The notes under the pieces are model-generated. The model saw nothing but the letters and a program-made list of their open reading frames with translations, searched no databases and was not told where the DNA came from. A stretch of DNA of 64,000 nucleotides from a virus, in IMG/VR virus record IMGVR_UViG_3300035698_010295, positions 1 to 64,000 of that record, one strand, 5' to 3'. The translations under genes were made by a program, and so were the position numbers. This document shows, one piece after another, positions 45,039 to 54,529 of the stretch (position 1 is the stretch's first letter; every line of letters begins with the position of its first letter).

Positions 45039-45735
45039 GTACATGTTCAAAAGGCATACTAAGATGACCAGTTATTAATGGTCCGTGAGCTTTAAATCTT
45101 TCTAAAGCACCACCGGCTTTAGAACTACGACCGATGACTTTGGCATACTCACAATCACCACCAAAAGCACCTTCAAAACCTGTAAATATTACAGGTTGAC
45201 AACCCATAGCTTTGGCTGATAAAGCAGCTATTAAACCACTGGGTGCTAAACGTGGTACAAATAAACCAGCTTCAATTTGTGTTATAATTATAGTGTTGTT
45301 ATCACTTTCTGTGTAAAATTGGGCACAGGCATCTGTACAAATGATGTCTGTGCCTTTTTCTTTGTATAAATCTTTTAAGGTATAATCACACTGACAACCA
45401 TATAATTGATTAGGTAAATTCATAGATTGCATCTTAAATAAAGCTTCATTACAAGCAAAAATAATAATATCTTCTGGAATCATTTTTGATGTTAAAAAAT
45501 CTAATGAAGGCCCTTTACCAACAATAAGTGCGGGTCTGTTTTGGTATTTATTTGCGTGAAAATTTAATAATGTGGCGTTACCCAATAAAAACCACACAGG
45601 TTTCCATGGATTTTTACGTGCGACTAGTGGATTATTATCCATCCAAGCTATTTCAGCAGGCATGTCATCACGCGGGCAAAAGAATATTTTACCATTTTTT
45701 AAAACACGGATTTGATGAGGCATATTTTCTAACAT
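44860..45735 (-). CDS. DUF115/MptE-like (Maf-type) protein
   Basis: LIVGKGPSLD, FACNEA, MGC..VIFTGFE. Confidence 0.65.
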   Translation of the reverse strand: MLENMPHQIRVLKNGKIFFCPRDDMPAEIAWMDNNPLVARKNPWKPVWFLLGNATLLNFHANKYQNRPALIVGKGPSLDFLTSKMIPEDIIIFACNEALFKMQSMNLPNQLYGCQCDYTLKDLYKEKGTDIICTDACAQFYTESDNNTIIITQIEAGLFVPRLAPSGLIAALSAKAMGCQPVIFTGFEGAFGGDCEYAKVIGRSSKAGGALERFKAHGPLITGHLSMPFEHVPIESVDQRSKIADTLQRLKQHHREQYISRGFQPEPDCIDTEESVLDMDIDHNENQPDHS

Positions 45736-46478
45736 TTTATTTCCTTACCATCAGGCATAATTGTACAATTATCTTCTATTAAAACTGGGTAAACAGTATA
45801 ACTTTTAGTACCTACAAAAGCCACCCAGAAACCATGTACCCACTCAGTGGGTTTACCATCATGCATATACATAGGTTGTTGCTTACAAAGGCAACCTACA
45901 CTCATAGCAAATATTGATTTACTTGTCCAGGGATCTCTACCATAGGATGTTTGCATCCGATGGGTGTGATTAAATATAATAGATTTTGATTTGGTTAAAT
46001 CAAGATGTCTGGCTGATGCGTGTTTACAGTATGACCAGCCATGCACACAATACAAATTACGATGCAACTTAACATAACCTTTTGTGATATAGTGAAAATT
46101 CTTTCTGTCAGCAGATAAATTTCTTTTTAAAGAAACTATATTATGGATTGACTGACCAGCTGATCCTAATCTAGAACACCATCTTTCTATCCAGTTATCA
46201 TGATTACCAGGAAGGAAAAATGTTTCTTTAGTATTAAGCTGGATACAGTTTATAAAGTCATTGGCCGGTTCAATTTCATCAAGTTGCCAGTCGTTAGTGA
46301 TTGACTCAGTTATAGTTGATATAGGCCAACGTGTAAATGGTGTACAATTTATAAGATCATTGCCTATAATTGTACAATCAGGTTGAAAATATTTATGGGC
46401 TTTTAATGCTATTTCAACAGCATTTTTATCCTGATCAGGTATGTGCATGTCTGGAAAACCAAACCATTTTTTAGTCAT
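45729..46478 (-). CDS. Calcineurin-like metallophosphoesterase
   Basis: PDMH, GND, GNHD, VHG, HTHR. Confidence 0.9.
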   Translation of the reverse strand: MTKKWFGFPDMHIPDQDKNAVEIALKAHKYFQPDCTIIGNDLINCTPFTRWPISTITESITNDWQLDEIEPANDFINCIQLNTKETFFLPGNHDNWIERWCSRLGSAGQSIHNIVSLKRNLSADRKNFHYITKGYVKLHRNLYCVHGWSYCKHASARHLDLTKSKSIIFNHTHRMQTSYGRDPWTSKSIFAMSVGCLCKQQPMYMHDGKPTEWVHGFWVAFVGTKSYTVYPVLIEDNCTIMPDGKEIKC

Positions 46479-46687
46479 TAAGGCTCACATTCACTTAGCT
46501 TGTAATCTATTGCAGCTAAATCCTCTCTTGGTATGCAAACATAATTGGTACAGGGATCTTCATACCAATCCCCAGACCTATTTTGTTTTACGCATGATCC
46601 TATCCCGTAAAGTGCCAACAGAATCACGCTTAGTTTTATCAGATTCTTTTTGAGCATAATTCCGTTCCTTTTTACTAAAATAATCAA
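46478..46687 (-). CDS. Putative lipoprotein (spanin-like)
   Basis: Signal peptide ending GIGSC. Confidence 0.4.
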   Translation of the reverse strand: MIILVKRNGIMLKKNLIKLSVILLALYGIGSCVKQNRSGDWYEDPCTNYVCIPREDLAAIDYKLSECEP

Positions 46688-46902
46688 TTAGTATTTTTAG
46701 GAGTTTCAGTAGTAATTTTAGCATCTTTAATACCTTCCATAATTATGTAGATACTAGGTACTGCTAAAAGCATAATCTCTGTAGTTGTATTAACTATTTT
46801 TTGTGTTTCATCTTCACTTCCTGGTTTAAGAATGCCAATAGCAGCAACAACCAGAGCACCTAAAGCCACAAGAAATTTACGTGAGAAAAATTTACCAATC
46901 AC
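46684..46902 (-). CDS. Putative holin
   Basis: FFSRKF start, two TM segments, YIIMEGIKD. Confidence 0.6.
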   Translation of the reverse strand: MIGKFFSRKFLVALGALVVAAIGILKPGSEDETQKIVNTTTEIMLLAVPSIYIIMEGIKDAKITTETPKNTN

Positions 46903-46903
46903 A

Positions 46904-47251
46904 TTATATTCCTATCAGTATTAAAACTACTTGTATCAGAGCACGAAGCACCGCACTTTGTGCTGCATTCACAACTTTAAGAAATTCTACATTTTCTGCA
47001 TTTAGCTTTTTCCATTTAGCTAAATTAGTTTCCCATTCAGTTGCAAATTCACTATTGGTTAATCTATTAACTATTGTTTTATATGCTAATTCTGTATTGC
47101 CTTGTGTTATAAGTTCTAACCATTGCCATAATTCATCATAAGTCATTGCTAAGAGTGAAGGTCCATATGTTGTGACCACACCTTGCAAGGGTTCTGGAAT
47201 TTGTTCCAGAAGCTTTTCAATTGTTACACCTTGTTCTTTAAGAGTTGCCAT
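46904..47251 (-). CDS. Hypothetical protein
   Basis: 115 aa with a hydrophobic C-terminus. Confidence 0.6.
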   Translation of the reverse strand: MATLKEQGVTIEKLLEQIPEPLQGVVTTYGPSLLAMTYDELWQWLELITQGNTELAYKTIVNRLTNSEFATEWETNLAKWKKLNAENVEFLKVVNAAQSAVLRALIQVVLILIGI

Positions 47252-47514
47252 TATTCACTTCTCCCATCACGAGCATCCTGAAAAGCTTTCCAAGTTTCGG
47301 CTTGAATTTCGGAGATTTGTACAACAGTGCTCCAATCACAAGGGTCATTCATTTTAAGGCAATTGATGCCTTCACATGTTGGATTGACTCGATCAGCAAA
47401 TATTCTGCTTAATGTAGCAGTGTCATCTAGCCTTTTGGAATATTGTGAACTCATCCAGACTTTACAACCTGCTAGTGTTAACACTAATACTAGTAATAAC
47501 ATTATCTTTTTCAT
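47251..47514 (-). CDS. Lipoprotein
   Basis: MKKIMLLLVLVLTLAGC lipobox. Confidence 0.7.
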   Translation of the reverse strand: MKKIMLLLVLVLTLAGCKVWMSSQYSKRLDDTATLSRIFADRVNPTCEGINCLKMNDPCDWSTVVQISEIQAETWKAFQDARDGRSE

Positions 47515-48515
47515 TGTTCTTTCCTTGCGTAAATGTTGGGTATGCCTAAGTACTGCATCATAGCTAATCTGTGATAACCATCTTTGAGATCTAACATATC
47601 TTTGTTGTTTACAACAAAACTACGTTGTGTTATAGGTAATTTCTGACCATTATCTCTAATATCTACTATAAATTTTTTCCAATTTACTGGTCTTTTAATA
47701 GCACTAGGACCTCGTTTAACATGATCTATCATTCCTGGTGTCATTAATGCTTTATATAGTTCTTCATCCTGAACATCATCAACTCTACCAGCTAAAACAC
47801 GTTCACAAAATAATTTGAAATAATTGTTAAATTCCTTATCATGATGATCAGAAAGATTGACCATAATATTAAATTCTTTAGCCGTTGATAAAGAGTATAA
47901 ATTTTTATTTTTAAACAAATAGGATGTTAAATTTCTAACACCTTTGCCTTTAAACTTTGTTTTGATACAATCTACAAGATTCCAGTCTTTAAATTTTTGT
48001 GTAACGCCATTATAACTATCTTTATGTTCATCAGAAACTATAATAATATAAATAGCTTTTTGTTTAAGTTTATTTAAGTAAATAGCCAAAATAGGATTTG
48101 GAATACAATAGTGTAAGTTACTCATAACTAGAACATCAACCATAGGTTCATCATCAGTGTCGAAGCTACCATCTAAAACATCACGTCTGATGGTTAAATT
48201 AGCTTCTGTGTAATAAGCTTTAGTGAAAGATAATTGTTTAAAAAAGCCTTCTTGCTCTTCAATACCATAGAGATGTTGAAAACCCATTTTATGGGCTTCA
48301 ATGAGGTATTGACCAGCGTTGCAACCCATCTCATAAAATTTAAATCTCTCTGGAACTTTGTTTAGCAAAGGCTTAATATAGTAATTAAATTTACCAAGCC
48401 CATAAGAATCAGGATGCTGTTGACCATCATATTTACAAGGTACTTGATAATCACCGTAAATCATTGGCTGATACCACCAACCACCTATAGCTTTAATTTC
48501 ATTTCTAACATCCAT
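47511..48515 (-). CDS. SAM-dependent methyltransferase fused to a ParB-like domain
   Basis: WWYQP, EMGCNAGQY, GIE; C-terminal DIRDNGQKLPI...DGYHRLA. Confidence 0.75.
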   Translation of the reverse strand: MDVRNEIKAIGGWWYQPMIYGDYQVPCKYDGQQHPDSYGLGKFNYYIKPLLNKVPERFKFYEMGCNAGQYLIEAHKMGFQHLYGIEEQEGFFKQLSFTKAYYTEANLTIRRDVLDGSFDTDDEPMVDVLVMSNLHYCIPNPILAIYLNKLKQKAIYIIIVSDEHKDSYNGVTQKFKDWNLVDCIKTKFKGKGVRNLTSYLFKNKNLYSLSTAKEFNIMVNLSDHHDKEFNNYFKLFCERVLAGRVDDVQDEELYKALMTPGMIDHVKRGPSAIKRPVNWKKFIVDIRDNGQKLPITQRSFVVNNKDMLDLKDGYHRLAMMQYLGIPNIYARKEQ

Positions 48516-48982
48516 TATTTTCTCACAATAAATACATCATTTAATTTTGGTGTTGTTGTGTGCTCTTTAACACTTTTAAATTTTGCTAGTATAGACTTAA
48601 ATAATTTTGGATCTAAACCCCAAGGCTTTTTAAATTCATAACAATGGCGATCATCAATAACTATTAAATCATCATATTTCCTAGTTAAAAGAAATTCTAG
48701 CTCTTGAACTATGGGTGTTGTTGCATATGCATGAGCATCAAGGAATATAAAACAAGGATAATTTGGAATTATTTGAGGTAAAACAATGGCACTATCACCA
48801 TGATAAATTATTACTTTAGGTTGATCTTCAAATCGATCATTAATTGTATATTTTTCTATAGAAATAATTCTATCAAAACCACAATCCAAAGCAGTTTGAA
48901 CACCGTCGCCTTTATCATAGCCTGTTTCAATATAGATGTTACTTTCCTTCAATGAAGTTAAATATTCTACACTTAATGGCAT
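48515..48982 (-). CDS. Class I SAM methyltransferase-like protein
   Basis: IETG...GDG, SIE, GDS, FLDAH, IDD. Confidence 0.75.
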   Translation of the reverse strand: MPLSVEYLTSLKESNIYIETGYDKGDGVQTALDCGFDRIISIEKYTINDRFEDQPKVIIYHGDSAIVLPQIIPNYPCFIFLDAHAYATTPIVQELEFLLTRKYDDLIVIDDRHCYEFKKPWGLDPKLFKSILAKFKSVKEHTTTPKLNDVFIVRK

Positions 48983-49848
48983 TCAAATAATCCTTTCAAT
49001 TGTTGTAGTCTGTGTTTTATAAGATGCCTTGATCTTATTAGTTCACGACCTGCTTTGCGTATATTCATATAAGATTCTGGGTCTTTTAAGTATTTTAAAC
49101 ATATTGATTCAAAATTATTCATACTAAAAAGAACACAATTTGATTTGTCAAATCCTAATAATTCAGTATCCTGGTACTCTTGAGCAAATAACAAACAACC
49201 TAAAGCTGGTGTTTCAAAATATTTTGGTGTTGTGTATGGATTTTGTATAGAATATGCTGCTATTGAAGCATCAAAGCTTTTAACAAGATTGTAGTAATCT
49301 TCTTCTGAATGGTGGGTTTTTGTATTGCGAACATGTGGGACTCTTTTTACGAATGGATATTTTGAACATGCTATTCTATCACAATACACTTTACTACCAG
49401 TAGTACCAAATAAAGATATGTAATCTTGATTGTGAAACACAATAGCATCTTTAAGCATGTGCTCAGGTATGGCAAAAGGAAAATGTATTAATCTGCTTGC
49501 AAACTCAGGAAAGTGTTTGATGGTTGGGTGGTAATAGTCAGCTAAAATATAATCCAAATTTTTAGCATAAGTTGGATAAGTCGCTTGTTCTACTCTGCCA
49601 TGTGGATCTCCAACTCTAAAATATGTAACTTGTTTTCCGGTATATTTTATCCTAGGTCCACCGTAAGAGTTAATAAAAATATGTGTAAGTTGATCTTTGT
49701 GTCGATCATAATCTCTCTGTGTAAATAACAATACAGGATTAAATTCTTCTATAAATTTAGTATAAAAATATTTAAACAGATTACAGCACCAAATATCTCC
49801 CATATAATAATCTTTTTTTATTGCTAACCCAATCATTTTGTACCTCAA
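48973..49848 (-). CDS. GT-B glycosyltransferase (Glyco_trans_1_2/CgeB-like)
   Basis: KYFETPALGCLL and IRKAGRELIRSRH C-terminal signature. Confidence 0.75.
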   Translation of the reverse strand: MRYKMIGLAIKKDYYMGDIWCCNLFKYFYTKFIEEFNPVLLFTQRDYDRHKDQLTHIFINSYGGPRIKYTGKQVTYFRVGDPHGRVEQATYPTYAKNLDYILADYYHPTIKHFPEFASRLIHFPFAIPEHMLKDAIVFHNQDYISLFGTTGSKVYCDRIACSKYPFVKRVPHVRNTKTHHSEEDYYNLVKSFDASIAAYSIQNPYTTPKYFETPALGCLLFAQEYQDTELLGFDKSNCVLFSMNNFESICLKYLKDPESYMNIRKAGRELIRSRHLIKHRLQQLKGLFECH

Positions 49849-50450
49849 AAATAATTAATAGTTTTAGAGTTTTCAAAATTCATTAATTCTTTTAGAATTA
49901 TAGTTTCAGGTACACTGAATGACCAACTCCAAGCTTGATGCTTTTGATAAATTGCTTTTGTTCGATTCAAAAAATCCTTATCAAGCTGATAAGTTCTACC
50001 AGTTGCTTCTTTAATATATCTTGGCTTATAACTATAATGACAATTAGAATTAAAAGCATCACCATAAATAACATTAGTGCAGAGTTCAGCCACAATTCTA
50101 AATGTTAAAATATGATCACCGTGACCATATTCACCATTAGGATTGTGTGTAAAATAATAATCATACCCCTTGGGTATGTTGCTTTTAATAAAATTAACAG
50201 CGTGCATTAAGGTGTGTTCTGTAAAACGTGTGGGTCGTCTATAAAATTCACTTTCTAGACAAAGACAATTCAATAATCTTATACCCTCAGAATCGCACAC
50301 CTCTTCAAGGGCTTTTAAAGCTCGATCTTTTCTACTAGTATGATTATCACTAACAATAAGTAGATGACGTTCTATGCTTTTATCTTGCATAATTGGCCAG
50401 CCCCAAATAATCTCGTCATCAGGATGTGCAAATATGCTTAGTATTTTCAT
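49845..50450 (-). CDS. PIG-L/LmbE-family deacetylase
   Basis: AHPDDE and THN..GEYGHGDH. Confidence 0.88.
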   Translation of the reverse strand: MKILSIFAHPDDEIIWGWPIMQDKSIERHLLIVSDNHTSRKDRALKALEEVCDSEGIRLLNCLCLESEFYRRPTRFTEHTLMHAVNFIKSNIPKGYDYYFTHNPNGEYGHGDHILTFRIVAELCTNVIYGDAFNSNCHYSYKPRYIKEATGRTYQLDKDFLNRTKAIYQKHQAWSWSFSVPETIILKELMNFENSKTINYF

Positions 50451-50499
50451 TTTTCAAATACACCTAAAAAATAGAAACTAAATCGTTTTTTCATAATAT
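50424..50499. repeat. 76-bp direct repeat, copy 1
   Basis: Identical to 52631-52706. Confidence 0.95.
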
Positions 50500-50737
50500 T
50501 TTCCAGTAAAAAAATTTCATTATCTTTTTTGTAGTGTTCACTATAATCTATTGTATCTACATGATAAACTTTGTCATAAGTGAAATAATCCATATATCGT
50601 GGACCTTTACTATGTACAAATTCACCATCAATTATACAATCACCATCTTCACAACAACCAAGATTAGCTACCATTGGATAGTGTTTATCTTTAAATAATT
50701 CCTTTAACCAAGCATTATATTTTATTCTTAGATTCAT
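50447..50737 (-). pseudogene. Truncated, chimeric methyltransferase
   Basis: N-terminus is paralogous to 53969..54529 (ANLGC/ANIGC); the last 16 aa are identical to the C-terminus of 52654..53226 via the repeat. Confidence 0.6.
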
Positions 50738-51633
50738 ATAAACTCCACGTGATTAGGCTCATTTTTTAAATTGTGGACAAACAAATTGTAATTATTAAAG
50801 GAACAAGCATTACAAATAGATCCATCGAATGTACTATTTAAATCAAACTCAGTCCAATGACACATACGCATAACAGTTGGCATTTTACGCATCGCAACAA
50901 TAGCATGTTGCATGGCACAGCAAGGGTATACATAACCGTCAGCTGATACTTGGGGTTTGAGTTTTGAAATATAACAAGGATTCATACCTTTAGTAGGTTC
51001 ATTTTTTTTAATAAGGGCTATTGGACTATCATCAACAATCTGTTTAACTTCATTAATAGCATTAAATTTAGTGCTAAATAAATCTTGAACAAAGCGTACA
51101 TGTGTTAAATTAGGTATTTTGAGATTAGCTACCTGTTTTATTAAATCAAAATTAGGTTCATCAATAACTGTAAAACTAATTCCTACATCAACATTTGGAA
51201 TTAAATTACAAAATCTAATAATTTTAGCAACGTCATATTTTAAGACATTTGTAATTGACAATCTAACCCAGGTACATGTAGACTTAATAATTTTAAAAGT
51301 ATTTTTAATACTAAGACCATTAGTTATTAAACCTATTTTAGATGGTATATAAAACATCAATTCTTCAAAATTAGGGTGAATAGTAGGTTCTCCACCACCA
51401 GTTACAGTTACTCCTACAGTACCTAATTTATGAAAATGATCTATTATATCTTTAAGTTCTTGGATCGAAAATTCTAAACTACGGTCCACATCTTTACAAG
51501 AACACCATGAACAATTTGCATTGCACTTGTATGTTGGCATTAATTGTAGGTGCAAAGGCTTTAATATTGTTAAATCATGGTGTAATAATTTCCAAGGTAC
51601 AGCATTAGCTGATGTATAACTTTCTTTAAGCAT
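50734..51633 (-). CDS. Radical SAM protein with SPASM/twitch domain
   Basis: CNANCSWC, TGGGEPT, ITNG, DGYVYPCC, C..C. Confidence 0.92.
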   Translation of the reverse strand: MLKESYTSANAVPWKLLHHDLTILKPLHLQLMPTYKCNANCSWCSCKDVDRSLEFSIQELKDIIDHFHKLGTVGVTVTGGGEPTIHPNFEELMFYIPSKIGLITNGLSIKNTFKIIKSTCTWVRLSITNVLKYDVAKIIRFCNLIPNVDVGISFTVIDEPNFDLIKQVANLKIPNLTHVRFVQDLFSTKFNAINEVKQIVDDSPIALIKKNEPTKGMNPCYISKLKPQVSADGYVYPCCAMQHAIVAMRKMPTVMRMCHWTEFDLNSTFDGSICNACSFNNYNLFVHNLKNEPNHVEFI

Positions 51634-52306
51634 TTAAAACACCCCAATCTTTACCCACATTGCGTTGTATAGTACCCAAACGTTCTCTATATAACTTACC
51701 ATTGGCTTTATAATCTGATTTTTTGTGCCCTAGATAAACTCGTTTATGATAAAGATGAAGACACCTCATATTAGTTTGATATAATTGACACCCATTATCT
51801 AGTAGTCTATGTGACAAGTCAGTATCTTCAAAACCTCTACCAATAAAATCCTCATCATATCCACCTATATCCATAAAGTCTGATCGACGTAATCCCCATA
51901 ACCATGGTAAAATAGGACTTAAAAGTTCTAAATTCTCATTATAAATATTTACACCATCAGCACAATCTTGACAGTTAACAGTGGCTATAATTTTAGTGTC
52001 TATCACTTTAAACATAGCTGTTAGACAATCATCAATATGATATGTTTCAGGATTACTAAAAAATATAATTTCTGAATCAATTTGTTTAACACCTATATTA
52101 AAAGCAAATCCAGGTACTCTCCATAATCTTGATTTTTTAGTCATAAGATAATCAGCATTAAACTGTTTACATATATCTTTAGTCTCATCATTAGCATTTT
52201 CATCTAAAATCAAAATGTGTATATCTGAGTATCTACGTATTGATTTTAAACCTTTAATTAATAAATTATTTCTATTAAAAGTTGGTATTAGTAATGTGGC
52301 TTTCAA
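51626..52306 (-). CDS. GT2-family glycosyltransferase
   Basis: LLIPTFNR, AFNIG, GGYDEDFIGRGFEDTDL, HLYH. Confidence 0.88.
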   Translation of the reverse strand: MKATLLIPTFNRNNLLIKGLKSIRRYSDIHILILDENANDETKDICKQFNADYLMTKKSRLWRVPGFAFNIGVKQIDSEIIFFSNPETYHIDDCLTAMFKVIDTKIIATVNCQDCADGVNIYNENLELLSPILPWLWGLRRSDFMDIGGYDEDFIGRGFEDTDLSHRLLDNGCQLYQTNMRCLHLYHKRVYLGHKKSDYKANGKLYRERLGTIQRNVGKDWGVLNA

Positions 52307-52346
52307 ACTATTTTCCTATCTAACGTATTATACATTAATAATTCCT

Positions 52347-52670
52347 TTAACCTTTAAGTCTACCAAGTTTACCCTTATAGGATATAATATTAGAGTATCC
52401 TAAATGTTCGAGTATAGTTAATCTATGATAACCATCTAAAAATTGATTAGTTTCATAAAATTTTATTGGCACTTTCATACCATCTTTTTTAATGTCTAAA
52501 TATAACAATCTCCACTTCTCTGCATAAACTATTGCAACATCTTTTTCAAATCTTGATTGTGTGGGGTTTCTATTTTGTAGGTAATCAACATAAGAATTAT
52601 TTAAATAATCACCATTTTTATCAATACAATATGTGCAAATATGCTTAGTATTTTCATTTTTCAAATACAC
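52347..52670 (-). CDS. ParB-like domain fragment (probably 5'-truncated)
   Basis: DIKKDGMKVPI...LDGYHRL resembles the C-terminus of 47511..48515; its apparent start lies inside the repeat. Confidence 0.5.
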   Translation of the reverse strand: MYLKNENTKHICTYCIDKNGDYLNNSYVDYLQNRNPTQSRFEKDVAIVYAEKWRLLYLDIKKDGMKVPIKFYETNQFLDGYHRLTILEHLGYSNIISYKGKLGRLKG

Positions 52671-52706
52671 CTAAAAAATAGAAACTAAATCGTTTTTTCA
52701 TAATAT
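52631..52706. repeat. 76-bp direct repeat, copy 2
   Basis: Identical to 50424-50499. Confidence 0.95.
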
Positions 52707-53226
52707 GTTTAATTTTAATAAAATCAAATATCTCTTTGTTAATAAATAAATGCTCTGGGTGTGGTCTTTTTCTTCTTGGATGAGCTATAAACCACCTACC
52801 ACCTGGTTTCAAAATTCTTTCACATTCTTCAAAACTTTGTACTAATTGATGAGTTGATGTGGCATGGTCAAAAGCTTCTAAAGAAAAAATACAATTTACT
52901 GATTCATTTTCAAATGGTAAACTATCAAAATTACCTTGGATAGGTGTTACTCCTGGTAGCATTTTATATAATTTTGAAAAATCATCCATAAGGAAATCAT
53001 AAGCTATTTTCTTTTTACCGTCTTTTAAAGCTAAAAATATACCCCCATAAGGACCACTAGCTATATCAACAATAACATCATTAGGGTTTGGTTTTAATTT
53101 TTCATACTCTAAAGCTTTTAATAGATTTTTTTGACTTAATATATGCTCTTTTTTATCATAAGTAGTCCAATGTACATGTGCAAATTCTGGGTTCCAATCA
53201 CTTGTTTGTTGTCTTATATCTTTCAT
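52654..53226 (-). CDS. Class I SAM methyltransferase
   Basis: VDIASGP, LPFENES, RILKPGG. Confidence 0.88.
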   Translation of the reverse strand: MKDIRQQTSDWNPEFAHVHWTTYDKKEHILSQKNLLKALEYEKLKPNPNDVIVDIASGPYGGIFLALKDGKKKIAYDFLMDDFSKLYKMLPGVTPIQGNFDSLPFENESVNCIFSLEAFDHATSTHQLVQSFEECERILKPGGRWFIAHPRRKRPHPEHLFINKEIFDFIKIKHIMKKRFSFYFLGVFEK

Positions 53227-53969
53227 TAAACTATCCTTTGACTACCATCAGTTTTACCAATCCAAGAAGGGTTAGGACATTTTGTACTCTTAGACATTTT
53301 TAATTCTTTCTGAAATTTCCTATAATTATTAAATCTATTACCACGATGTGCTGACCAAATGTAAGAACCTCTCTTAAATTTTCCATCCATATATCCTTCT
53401 GAAATATTTATAAATTTTAAAGTATCTTTATATTTCATATAAGATAAATACAATTGCCGTTGATCATCATAATAAACAACATAACCTTTATCCCACATCA
53501 TATTATAATGATTTAAAAAATCACTTATATCTGAATTACAATCAGTGCAATTAACACCTATGATACCATTAGATATTTGAGGGGGTTCTTGCTTTAAATG
53601 ATCATCATTGATAATTAAACAAACATCACCAATTTTAATTTGTTCTTTGAGTTGATCGAGATTCTTTAAAAAAAGAACATCAGCGTTCATTACAAATATA
53701 AAATCATCTAATTGTTGCTCATAAACTTCAAGAAGAACTTTTGACACTCTGCACTGCATTTGCCTACGCCAAATTGTATTGGGCATAGGAGCAATTTCAT
53801 GATTTTTAATTATAACTTGTGGGTGTATTTTATTTAATCTTTTTATTTGACGTTGGGACAAACAAGCACCTGAAATATAAACTTTTTCATCCGGCATAAC
53901 TTTCTTTAATGAGATAAGAAATAATTCACCCCATTCAACATAATTATAATCTAAATGTGTGACTATCAT
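53226..53969 (-). CDS. GT-A-like nucleotide-diphospho-sugar transferase
   Basis: MNADVLF, SNGII, DDQ. Confidence 0.6.
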   Translation of the reverse strand: MIVTHLDYNYVEWGELFLISLKKVMPDEKVYISGACLSQRQIKRLNKIHPQVIIKNHEIAPMPNTIWRRQMQCRVSKVLLEVYEQQLDDFIFVMNADVLFLKNLDQLKEQIKIGDVCLIINDDHLKQEPPQISNGIIGVNCTDCNSDISDFLNHYNMMWDKGYVVYYDDQRQLYLSYMKYKDTLKFINISEGYMDGKFKRGSYIWSAHRGNRFNNYRKFQKELKMSKSTKCPNPSWIGKTDGSQRIV

Positions 53970-54529
53970 TATTTAAAATCTCCAAAAATAACATAACCTT
54001 TGCAACCTAAAGTATCTATACCTTTGACATATTGGAACATTGCACTTTGCTCAATATTAATATATTTTTCTATTAGTGGATTAATTTTAGTGTGACTCAC
54101 ATTATCTTTATTTCTACCGTCATAACTAATTAAAATCTTACCATTGGGTTTTAAAATTCTTTTAAATTCTGACAAAGCTTTATCATGATTTATTCTTGAA
54201 TATTGGATAGCCCAACCACTAAAAATAAAGTCTATACTATTGGTCAGCAGTGAAAGATTTTCCATATTTTCACATAAAAATTCTACATTTTTACCTACAT
54301 AGGCGGATAAAATAACACTTCTAAATTGCTCATCTTTATCAATACAATACATTTTATCGAAACCAAAATAACTACCATATCTATTACCCCCGGTCATCTC
54401 ATATTCACCCAACACTTCACTATCTATATCAGTAGCACAACCTATATTAGCAACTACAGGAAAGTGTCTACCACGTAATAAGTCATGTATAAAATGATTA
54501 GATCTTATTCTAACTCTTAACCTGTTCAT
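53969..54529 (-). CDS. Class I SAM methyltransferase
   Basis: ANIGC, SIDFIFS, ALSEFKRILKPNG. Confidence 0.85.
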   Translation of the reverse strand: MNRLRVRIRSNHFIHDLLRGRHFPVVANIGCATDIDSEVLGEYEMTGGNRYGSYFGFDKMYCIDKDEQFRSVILSAYVGKNVEFLCENMENLSLLTNSIDFIFSGWAIQYSRINHDKALSEFKRILKPNGKILISYDGRNKDNVSHTKINPLIEKYINIEQSAMFQYVKGIDTLGCKGYVIFGDFK

